Source: Selaginella moellendorffii
Lineage: Eukaryota > Plantae > Lycopodiophyta
Length of the DNA stretch: 64,000 nucleotides
Direction: 5' to 3'
NCBI RefSeq assembly: GCF_000143415.4
Contig: NW_003314328.1
Location: forward strand, 159,707 to 223,706
Shown here: piece by piece, positions 53,101-64,000 of the stretch
Position numbering within the stretch: the stretch's first letter is position 1
Layout of the letters: each line of letters starts with the position of its first letter
Notes under the pieces: model-generated
Databases searched by the model: none
What the model saw: only the letters and a program-made list of their open reading frames with translations
Told to the model about the DNA's origin: nothing
Translations under genes and position numbers: made by a program

Positions 53101-53320
53101 GGCAAGGAGTTGGAACTCTGCAACATAGATTGACGTAGGACGAGGCCCCTGAGAGAGACATCTCATCTTTGTGATGGCAACCCGAACCCGATTCATCTCG
53201 CCAAAACATGCTTCGTGTTTCTCTTTGAACAATTGAAGATCCATCAGCTTTGGAACCACGACCTTTCATGCTCTTCTCCAGCAAAGGAGAAAACCATGAC
53301 AAAGCTGCACCTTTGAGAAA
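50186..53320 (-). mobile_element. Tf2/Tcn1-like Gypsy internal region (gag, protease, RT, RNase H, integrase start), degenerate
   Basis: [59 protein letters not shown] and LYIPEG motifs. Confidence 0.88.
50967..51094. repeat. 43-bp tandem triplication within RT/RNase H linker
   Basis: GGACAATGTCAGAGTAGTGATCAATGAATTTGCGGTAGAAGTT x3. Confidence 0.9.
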
Positions 53321-56300
53321 CTTTTTCAAGAAGAACGCCACTGGATGGTTGTCTTGCTTCAAAATTGTGCCTAATGCAAAGTCCGAAGCATCCATTTCTA
53401 CCTCAAGTCTTTAAATGCCAACATAGAAACTTCCTTAACTTCCCTTTGAGATGGAGAAATGCCACTTCACATTCTGCTGTCCATACAATCTTCCTTTTAC
53501 CCGTTTAGTCTATTAAGGGCAAAGCTACTCTTGAATAGTGTTTGATAAAATTTCGGTAGTAGTTGCATATGTCAAGACCCCCAACAAGATCAAGACTAGA
53601 AAATGCAAAAGACAAAGAGAAAAGCTAGTGGAAATGAAAAAGAAGCTTTATACTGGCATTGATTCAGATTATGGAGAAATGGAACAAGGCTAACCTATAT
53701 ATACTATAGGTTGATAAAGCTCCACCACTCTTGGATCAAGGACAGCCTAAATATAGCTAAGGTCGAGGAGGCACCACGTCATCATCAGGAATGTGGCTTG
53801 AGACTAAGGAATCATACGGGAAATTAGAGAATCAAGAATAGGGAAGTGTCTCGAGAATCAGGAATGTGGTCTGCAGGTCAGGAATCTAATGAGAGTCAGA
53901 AATGTGGCAAGAATTAGGGGATTCCTAACAACATAGCCCAAGAACACCCTCAACTTATGTACATTCAATAATTGCTCCTATTCCTCGATCACTTAGACCT
54001 TCTCAGGGTCCATCTTGAGCCTATCTTTGCCTACCACATACCCGAAAAACTTTACCTCTTGTTGAGCAAAGTCACATTTACTCTTTTTAGCATACAGCTT
54101 GTATTCTCTTAGTTTCTCAAACATCTTCATCAAGTGTTTGGCATGCTCATCTAGCATTTTGCTATAGATCAAGATGTCGTCAATATAGACAACCACAAAG
54201 TGATCTAGATAAGGTATAAAGATGTGGTTCATCAACGCTGCAAACGTTGCCGGCGCATTGCACAGCCCAAAGGGCATCACCAGAAACTCAAAGCTCCCAT
54301 ACCTTGTCTAACAAGTTGTTTTCTTGACATCTTCCTTTGCTACCCTAATCTGGTAGTATTCTGACCTTAAGTCAATCCTCGATAAGTATTTTGCCTTTCC
54401 CAACCTATTAAACATGTCCTCAATCCTTGGCAAAAAGTGCTTGTTCTTCTTTGTATATTTGTTGAGCAACCGATAATCTATGCACATGTGCTTAGATCCA
54501 TCTTTCTTTTTCACAAATAACACTGACGCCCCATATAGTGACTTGCTCAAATTAACATACCCTTTATCCACCAACTCTTTTAGTTGGCACTTGAGCTCCT
54601 CGGGTTCCTTTTCGTTCAATCGATAAAGTGGACGAACCATTGCTTTAGCACCCTCGACGAACTCAATCTTATGTTCTATTAGTCGTGCGGGGGAAAACCC
54701 CGCCGGTAGCTCCTCCGACATGGTATCTTAGAATTGGTCCAACACCCGCTGGATCACTAAAAGTACTTTTTCTGTTCCCGTCTTTTTGTCACTCTTCACT
54801 GAGAGTAAGCATAAAAATGCTGCCTTGGTTCCTTTAGTGAGTTGTCCTTTTATGGACACCAAGTTTAAGCAGGATTCTTTGGCCTTATATTACCCTACCT
54901 TTAAATCCTGTGCCTCCACCTTGGATCGTTCTCTTCGGGCATTCGCCAGTACCACAAGGTTCCTACCTTATCCATGTAGGGCTACTACAAACCGATTGAA
55001 CCAATCCATCCCGAAGATTACGTTAAATCCCACCATGTCCAACATAGTAAAATCCATGTCTACTTTCCATGTCCCTACTTCGACTCTCGCTTGTTGAAGT
55101 ACCTCATCGGTGCTTTGGCTACCTTGAATAAACTCTATAGTCCTTGATTCACCCAGCCACTACATTGTTAATCTAGTTTGCCGAACTACGTCTGTAGCCA
55201 CAAAATTATCTGAAACACCTATATCAATAAAGATCTTAATAAAGCTACTTCCGAGCTTCCCTCGGAGGGTTAGTAGATTTCGTGAAAGACTCTCTACTAA
55301 AGTTTCTCGTGTAATGAGTAACTTTGAGCTAGGGACTGGATCACGTACCTCAATTTGAATTTCACCTGACTTAATAGCCATATTAGCTCTGGCCTTCTTT
55401 GGGTAGGGACATTCCCTCGAAAAGTGTCCTGCTTCACCGCAATTAAAGCATATGTTATTTCCCACACTACTAGCTGACTTGACCTTCTTATCCATGGGTT
55501 TGTCTCTTTACGCTTGACTCCCCCACATACTTGCTTGCTGGCCATTGGATTTGCCTTTCCAAAACCCGAGGACTCATTCTTAAAGAAACTCTTTTTGAAT
55601 TTCCCTTTGCCATATGTTCCCCTTGGTTTAGCCCCTTTGCTAAACGTGAACCCCGACCCCGTCGTGCTCCCTTTTCACAGGTTATCATTGAAATGCACTT
55701 TGATAGCCGTATCCAACGCTTCCGTGTAGTTGGTCGGGTTCCAATGCATCACCTTGCTGCGAGCCCAGGTTTACAAGCCTGATATGAAGGCATGAAACAC
55801 ATCCATATCACCCATATATGTGGCAAGTATCCTCTTTGCCATAAACCCATTCACATACTCTTGAATGGTTCTCGTCTGCTTCAGCCTATTCAACTCATCC
55901 CTTAGGTGCAAAGTAGTATTCGGAGGAACGTAAGTTGCGCAGATCCTTGCCTTTATCATTTCCCAAGTGGCCACTAGTCCTTCATTGACCCTTATCATTC
56001 TCCACCAAAACTGGGCATTATCTACCAAATATGGTTTTGCACATGGGACCTTTTCTAAGCTTGGTAACCGCAACGCTCGGAAGTAGTCCTTCATATCATA
56101 AAACCAATCCTCCACTACCTTATAGTCATTCACTCCCTTGAAGACTGGTAGGGGCTTTGGTTTATACTTAGGAATTACTTGAGGGATTATTTCCACTTCA
56201 GTTTGTTCGACCTTGTTTGGTTTTGCCTCAGTCCTTACCAAAGGGTCCGCATCTTTTGCATTGCTAGCATCTGCAGTCTTTTGTTTTTTCTTCCACTTCT

Positions 56301-56908
56301 CGTTATGTTTTAGCTTGCGTACGAGAGTTTTCAGCAGGGCATTGGTCTGTACCAATTGTCCTTTTAGAATTTCCAATCAAGCCTTAGATGACCAAACCTC
56401 ACCATTGGACTCCTATTTGGAAGTTTCCTTACTAGAGTCCTCCTCATGCAAGAATTCCTCATCCATAGCCTCTTGTTTGACAGAAAGCTCCAGCTCTAGA
56501 GGAAGTTCTGTCTCCGCCTTGGTTTATTTATGTTCTATGTTTGCCATCTCCCAACAATCTGCCTCTATCCTTCGCTAGAAATGACGAAAAAGCTTTGATA
56601 CCAAATTGTAAGCCATAAATTTTTCCTATCCAATTTGCCAACTTACCTCATCCATCCAACCAGCACTACTTTAGCTTTAGCTAAGTTCCCTTGCCAAAGT
56701 TCCTGCCTATCGTACCAACTCCTACTTGGTCCTACTTGATTTCAGCAATTCACTACATGAGTAACGGGATATTAGCCATCCATCCACAAATTCCTAAATT
56801 CTTTCTCAATCTCCCTCCCTGGGTTAGACTGGACTTAAGGTTCTATTACACTCCCCGCATACACAAGCAGCTAAGCACACCAAGCCTCCAAATTCTTAAC
56901 ATCCTTTA
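53321..56908 (-). mobile_element. Gypsy element 5' part: LTR (from 56607), PBS, gag, zinc knuckle, protease, RT, RNase H start
   Basis: PBS TGGTATCAAAGC (56603-56592), gag 55771-56376, CFNCGEAGHFSREC, FIDIGVSDNF, MPFGLCNAPATF, YIDDILIYS. Confidence 0.88.
53570..53930 (-). mobile_element. solo LTR with TSD GCATA/ACATA inserted in Gypsy RT
   Basis: TG...CA ends. Reverse-complement match to 22920-23306. Interrupts the FLGLCNYYR codons. Confidence 0.9.
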
Positions 56909-57109
56909 GTACAACAAGACTTGATCATGGGACCCTCTAAATCCCAAGCCTTGGGTGCAACACTTGTTCCAGAACACCAGGGGGAAACACTGTGGCCCAA
57001 TATAAGTACCCCTACTCCCTTACTTCCATCCCGAAGGGAAGGCCCATGCCCCTAGGAAGGGAGAGGACCAATGAGCTACAAGGTACTCAAGTGGGGCACC
57101 ACTCCACAT

Positions 57110-58706
57110 AAGCCGAGAGCACTACAATCGGTTTCCCTTCCGAGAGTGGGAGTTGCTCTTGAGCAAATTCAACATCCCTACGTGGAGTCGAGCATAGTTT
57201 TCTATGCTTAGTCGACCTAGCTAACCCATGCTAATTATCTTACCTTCGGCGCACCTTCGCATCCTAATATATGATATTGCTCAATTTCTAAAAATATATT
57301 CTTTAATTGAATTTTGGATAAGTACATAGAGTTCTACCTTGCAAAAATTCCTCCACTAGATCCCACGTGTTCACTATGTTCTCCTCCAGTTCCCATATTG
57401 CTTCGAAGTGCGGAAATCCTTTTCACTTCATATGGAACTCCCTCACCTCGCGTCCTTGTCGCTTACTCTTGTGCGCATTGAAGATGGCCTCAACTTCGTA
57501 TTCCTCTTCCCCTTGGATAACCTCAGGTAAAGGTCTTACCCTGTCTTTGCAAAGCAGATCCTCAAAATATGGCTTGAGTAAATTCACATGGAACACAATC
57601 TTCCCCATCTCAAGTCAAAGGCGGTAAACCACTTTACTAATTCGTGCTTCAATCTCATAAGGCCCCATGAACCTGCTTAAGGAACTTAAGATCAATTCAT
57701 TTCCAAAAATACATGCATTTTTACCTTTGGGTCAACTTTTGGCTGATCCCACTTGGTAGCTTTAGGTTCTTGGTGTTCAACCACACCTTCTCCCTAGGTT
57801 GGAACTCTACATCCTGGCGCTTCTAGTTCGAATACTTGGTTTGCCTTTATTGAGCCTATTCTAAGGAATCCCTCACTAAATTCCAGATGTTGAGTCTTCC
57901 CGTCGCGAATGCCTCCACTGTGGGTAACTCTTCATGATACTCAGCCACACCGAGTTCCACAAGACCTTCAATAGCTCACCCATTGATGACTTCCTATGGA
58001 CTCACCCTGATACTCAAGTGTGGTGAGTTGTTATAACACATTTCTACAAGTCCCAAATGACTTACCTAATCAATTTAGTCTCCAGAGACATAGCATCATA
58101 AATAATCCTCTAGCTGCTTATTCACCCTTTTTGTTTATCCGTTTGTCAAGAAGTGTTGGTGCCATCCAACTTGACTTAATACTCAATACTTGTCTGTGGG
58201 TGATAGGCTGTGCTGAATTTCAACTTAGTGCGATACTATTCCAAGAGAGTTCTCCAGAATCTACTAGTGAAGATTTTATTTCAATATAAGATAATCTCTT
58301 TTAGCCTTCCCTGCACTCGAACCAATTGTTCGAAGAACAGCTTCGCCACACCTTCCACATCCACTTCCATTGTGGTGGGTATGAAATGTGCCATCTTTGA
58401 AAATCGGTCCACCACCACAAATATCACATTAAACCCCTCACTTAGGGGGAGTCCCATGATGAAGTTCATCGTAAGACATTTCCACGAATGATCTGGAATT
58501 GGGATGCTTTGTAACAGGCCCTTGTTAGCTTTAGCTACGGCTTTGACCTGCTGACATATTGGACATGTCTTTACATAGTCTTGGACATCCTTAGCCATAT
58601 TTGGCTAGTGATACTTCCTCTTGAGTAAGCCCATCGTCTTGAGCACTCCGAGCAGGGCTACTCTTGAATAGTGTTTGATAAACTTTCGGTAGTAGTTGCA
58701 AAGCCC
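57110..58706 (-). mobile_element. Gypsy integrase + chromodomain + 3' UTR fragment
   Basis: YVKTCPICQ, VVVDRFSKMAHFIP, VFHVNLLKPY, EYEVEAIF. Paralogous to 24100-25020. Confidence 0.85.
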
Positions 58707-59519
58707 AATAATGCTTTTAAATTGTGTATATTCAATGGTCGTTCCCAATCCTGGATTGCTTAGACCTTCCCAAGGTTAGTGCAAAAATCACTCAACAACT
58801 CTAAGACTTACAACCATAAGTTGATTTAGAGAATGGTGATTTTAATATAGAAAGTTTCACGCCTTTTACAAGTTAATACAAATTTACCACTAATAAAAAA
58901 GGAAATCCTATACTAAAGTATATGGCAAGGATGAAAAGAAGGTAGTGAAAGGTTTTAAATGCCAGAATTACATTCACTCTAAGTCAACTTCTCACTATAA
59001 CACCTTACCTTAGAGTTGCATTGCTTAGAGAGTTCTTGCCTAAAAAGGAAAAAACTTTAATCCCATCTACAGCCATTGTAATTGAGCCAGGGGATTGTGA
59101 TAATAAAGTTCCTACAATTGATATAAAGATTGGCAAAAATTTATTATTTGGAACTCTCATCAATGGTGGCTTAAGCATAAATATTTTGGAAAAGAATATT
59201 TGCAAAGAATTAAGTGTAGGTCTAATGTACAAATGTACAAATGGTAGATAACTGAAACATTACGCCAATTGGAAATATTAGAAATGTCTTAACCAATGTG
59301 ATTGGCCTAAGGTACAAACTAAATTATATCATGCTTAAAATGACACAATGAGATTCTGCCTATTAAACCCTATTAGACAAACCTTGGTTAAAAATTACTT
59401 GCACAAATCAAGACTAGAAAAATGGTTTCTTGTGTATAAAGCAAGACAACCAAATATTGCATGTCAAATAGCATTGTTGAGAACAACCACAAGATTAGTT
59501 ATTTTTCCTGATTGCCGAC

Positions 59520-61750
59520 TGCTCGTGTAGTAACATGGGTGGAGACTCTCTTAAATGTGGATACAGTTGACTACTAGATGTTCAAGGAGGCTTTCAAGTC
59601 TCACGTCAACTGGCAGAAGCCCACCAACCAATTACTCATGGATTTTTTTTTCGTTCTAACAAGGTGTCTATGAGTCTATTCCTGAGTATGTTATGTGTTT
59701 CAGAGCATACTGGAAAGAGTGCATACAAAGGAGGATCATCAGCAATGAACCACATGGCATCACAACATTCATCTCCGGCTTGAAAGGCAGCTTACAGCAC
59801 AAGATGTTGAAGCAGCAATTTCAAATATGCCATGAGACATTTACAACAGCTGAATCACTTGAACATGATCTCCTCCAAAAGCTTGGCATATCACGCATAA
59901 AAGAAGCCTTCAACCCACCACTAGAGGGTGTTTCCTACTCAACAATCTGCATTTTGCTCCTCTGGTAATATCCACAAGCAATGAGTGAGTTCCTTCGATG
60001 ATCGAGAAAGCACTGTTAGAACTTATTGGCTACAAGGAGATCATCCAACAACAACACTAGATGTAGGAAAAACTTTTGGAGGAGTTGAAGGCAAGTTGTT
60101 TGCAGCAAACAAAGTATAGAATTTGTTGTCCTTGTCAAGACTACTCTCACTGCAACATCAATACGCATGACATGGACAAATGTTGGAAGTTGCATCCCAA
60201 GCTCCATCCTCCACGTACACAGCATGTCCAGGAGCAACCATTTGTTGACAACACCAACATATCCAGACAAGACAAATACTAGCAACAACTAGAGCTTTGC
60301 AAGATCAAAGCCTCTCCATTGTCAAGCAAAGGAAAATCATTTGTTGGACAACGGTTACCATTCCCTTCAACATTTGCAGTGTAAGGTAAATCACATCTTC
60401 TCTTCTAGCCTCTGCATGCTCTCCATAGTTTGCTAGCACTTTATCCCATGGTGTTCGGCCACCTTCAGCTATACCAAAGTCTATCTTGCAGGAGCTAGTG
60501 TAAGCTCTAGTGACTATCACCCTCGGCCAGCTTGCACAATGTCTTGGTTTTGCATAGTAGTTGGAGCAATTTCCTATTTCCAGAGGCTTGACACATCCTC
60601 CAAACACTTCTATCAACACACCAATCCAAGTCATGCTAACACATATGCCCTCAAATCCTGGAGCTTTCATCATCCTGGTTTCTCTTGCAAATTCCGAACT
60701 AATGGAGGTGTTAATAGACAGAAAATCTAGGCTAAACATCATCTCATTGAATTTGGCTCATTCCTTAGGCTTGCAAGTGTCCAGGAGCACAGCCATAGTC
60801 CTCAAGACCTTTGCCAACCATTTTATCTTACTAGTGGGCATCTGTTGTAGGATTCCCATCTCGGCTAAAGGCATTATCCTTGATATGGACATTTTGGTGG
60901 TAGACTTTGAAGCTATATGTGGGGAAGGAGTGCATGACTCGCTCATCTTGGGACGTGTTTGGCATGAGGAAGCCTGTTGCCACACAAATTGGAAGCATAG
61001 ACAGCTACATATCTTCGATAGAAAAATTAGTGTAGTGTTTTACAACAATTATAGGCTCTCCTCAGTTTCCCATCAAGTTTTTCTAGTGGTTGAGCAAACG
61101 GTGCCTACCTTGACACTTTCTGAGCTCCCAGTCTTTTTCTCAGAATTCATTTCAGACGATGAACCCTCAAAGGTTGAGTTCATTGATTGCAACATGGTTG
61201 ACTTGCTAGACTTTTTGTGGAGCACTGTTTGATATTCAACTCTCTATGACTTAGAGAAGATTGCATCATCATTGGCATCCCAATATGCAGAAGAAAATGT
61301 TGTTGAAGATAACACCATCACCACAAAAGTAGCAGCTGAGCAGGAGAAGAGCACATAGTCACTCCAAGCACTAACAGATGATCCACAAAGCAGAGCATTC
61401 TCATTAGCATCTCTTGGGAGTATGACCAACACAACACCTCAATGAGATTCCAATTGAGACAAAGTTGGATTCACAATCTCTAGCTGCCATTCATACTCGA
61501 CTCTACACAATTGTGTTTTTAGAGGACATGGCTTGCAACCTTTCAACATCTTTTGGATCTTGTATCCATCAACCTGATGTTGTGCTCACCTTTTATTTAG
61601 AAGAAAACCTCCAAAGCACATGTATTTCATCATGTGATCTTGTGAGTGTGATGTGCACCATAGAAGAAACATCTTTGACAGCAGTTCTTCCTCATACTCT
61701 AGTGCACAATTCTCTTGCACCTCTTAGAAAAACATTGTCCACCAGTACGT
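59520..61750 (+). mobile_element. more diverged Tat-like Gypsy fragment (gag knuckle, protease)
   Basis: HCNINTHDMDKCWKLHPKLHPP and LNIISL...LKTFANH...DSLILGR align by eye with the copies at 1-1208 and 46583-48029. Confidence 0.7.
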
Positions 61751-64000
61751 AGCAATTATATGGCATTCCTGGACAACAAAAGATTGCCATTTCTCTACAT
61801 AGGAAAAGTGGAGTCACCCTTTTCTAGTTAATTAAGAGTTTTAGGATATTTAAGGTTAAGTGTCCTTGGGTTTAAATAGTACTGGGCTCTAAAAAATCTA
61901 AATTCAAAGGCTTACATTAACAGCTTTGTTCTGATAGTAGCTCAATTTGGTTCACTACCACCACAAGACATTATCTAGGTTGTGACTTCTAACACTTATT
62001 ACCACATCCTTAGTGGGTAACACCATTTCACTTGACTGTTAGATCCCCTAGAACAACTCAAGAGAAGTTCAATAGTTGGGAGCCAGTCCTCTTCACCATT
62101 CTAGAGCTCTCAACCTTTCACCACACACTAGTGTTTCACACTCGTTCATAGAGATGTGGTTGTCACCCTCGAACTCACATGACACCCTGAGTGGGAGGAC
62201 AACTTGACTATACTTTGAGGCATCTCTAGAGGAAGCAGTAGTGATATTGGTCTCTGGTAGAAGACACCATGGTGTAGCTTGATCCTAGTGGATGAAGAGC
62301 ATCCTAAAGCAGGCAAACACTTCACACGGTGACTTTTTTTTTTTTTGTTCTTTCTTTATTCTTCTGTTTTTCTATTCTTTCACTTTTCTTTGTCATTTTT
62401 AGGACTGTGGCTACTGTGAAGTAGTCTCTTGCTTGGATCCCAGTTCTCAGGGTTGCGTTAATTTCATTTGTTTGGGAGCTCAAGGTGTTGAGAGGGAAGT
62501 GTCTCAACAATGGGGAGAACATTTTCTCATACTTTGAAATCCTACTCAAATATTTCTCTTTTGTGAACTCCATACCCTAGAAAATGGTGAAGAAGGGGAA
62601 TATACCCCTGCACTCTAGCATCTCATGCCCATAGAATATTTTGATAGTGGAATATTCTATAGAATTTTGCTCAAAACTCAAAGCTATTTACTAAAAGGCG
62701 ACCACGAGGGAATGCACTAACTCCATCACGTATGAGAACCCACAACCAAAGTGCTGGTGAAGACTCCAAGGTGATGCCCTATGCTGCGAGGAGAAGAGAC
62801 CAAAGAAAAACAAAGAAAAGAGAAAAGAAGAAAGAGAGTGTGGAGATTTAGAGTCAAGGAGAAACCACATGGGAAAACTTGATGAAAGAATTAAACACTA
62901 GAACAAGAAAAGACTAAGTGGAAAAAAGAAAAATGAAAATGAAACAAAAAAAAAAAAGAGAGAGAAAAACAAAGGAAAAATAGAAAAGAGAAGATAAAGA
63001 AATGAAACCAAGTAGGAGAACTATTTATCTGGACTCCAACTTAAGGACTTCTGACTTCTAGAAAATGCCTCAAATATAACCTAGCTTCTTTCAAAATTCC
63101 AAGGGAATAAAGTGATGGAAGTGAATGTGTTGCCTGGGAACAAACGTGATGGAAGACAACAGCCTAACAAATAAATGGTGGAAGGTAGGGATGAGTGATT
63201 TAAATGGAGTGATAGTGGAGGGGATCTGGCTTGAAGTGGTTGGCAGCATATGTGCTTGTCGCAGAAGAAGAGGCTTGTAGTCTTTGTGGGCATCTGCTGG
63301 GATCATTGTGTTCTACTGCTATAGGAATGTAGGATTAGGTAAAACGTTGGCCCATAGTAATGCCTAGTCTCCAGGTCCAGCCAGCTCTTAGAAATCAGGT
63401 GTTAAGTGTCTTGGATTTGCCCATACTTGCTGCATCAAGATAGTTTGCATCATATCTTAAGTTTGGGAAGTTAGGTTTTGCTGCTTCTTGGTGTGTCTAC
63501 TATGTATGATTATGATGAATATGGTGATGTAATAGAATCCCCATGGTGAGAAAAAGTGAAGAAATGTGAACCAGGCAACTATAGTGAGTGGTAAACAATG
63601 GTGTAGCAAAAGAAAATTTAGGAACTGTGAGCAGCAACTATAAAATGGATGAGCTCCTAGACAAGAGGAGTTGATGCATCCTCAAAGTGAAAGTCTAGGC
63701 TCATGGTTGTTTCACCTTGGGAACACCATCTAAAACAAAGCAAAAAAAGTGAATAAATTTGGAAAAGGAAAGTGAAAAGAAAGGAAAGATCTCACAATAT
63801 AAGAAGTTTGGAGAACCCTCTCCCAGTGAGAGAACCTATGCCAAGAGGTCATAAAGAGTCATGAAGGAGGCTAAAGATGCTACAAAAGCTAATTGTGTCA
63901 CCCTCTAATGTGTGATGTTGTGTTGGCCCAAAGTGAGTAGTGTTGCCGATCTGATGAAATCTGGAGCTAAATGCTTAATATATGCGACCGTGTTAACAGC

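Overview
Repeat-rich land-plant DNA with no convincing host gene. Plant telomere repeats, very short 47-57 nt introns and a Gypsy element with PR-aRH-RT domain order suggest a lycophyte such as Selaginella (inference). Most of the window is nested, decayed retroelements: Tat-type and chromodomain Ty3/Gypsy copies, an L1-type LINE, a self-nested LTR element, solo LTRs and a hAT remnant. The standout is a ~13 kb DNA element (9077-22091) bounded by perfect 22-bp terminal inverted repeats. It carries two divergent genes. One is a Sola-like DDD transposase (minus strand, ~948 codons). The other is an 11-exon, ~1632-codon cargo gene with ParB-like, degenerate DNA-methyltransferase-like and FCP1/NIF HAD-phosphatase-like regions. 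About 25-30 copies of a 22-bp palindrome (consensus ATGGCRTG-N6-CAYGCCAT, ideal form ATGGCATGAGGCCTCATGCCAT) are scattered through this element and were not seen outside it. They lie in introns, next to stop codons, in the intergenic spacer and in coding linkers. This may be a transposon-encoded protein/binding-site system. All domain calls come from motif reading by eye, not database searches.
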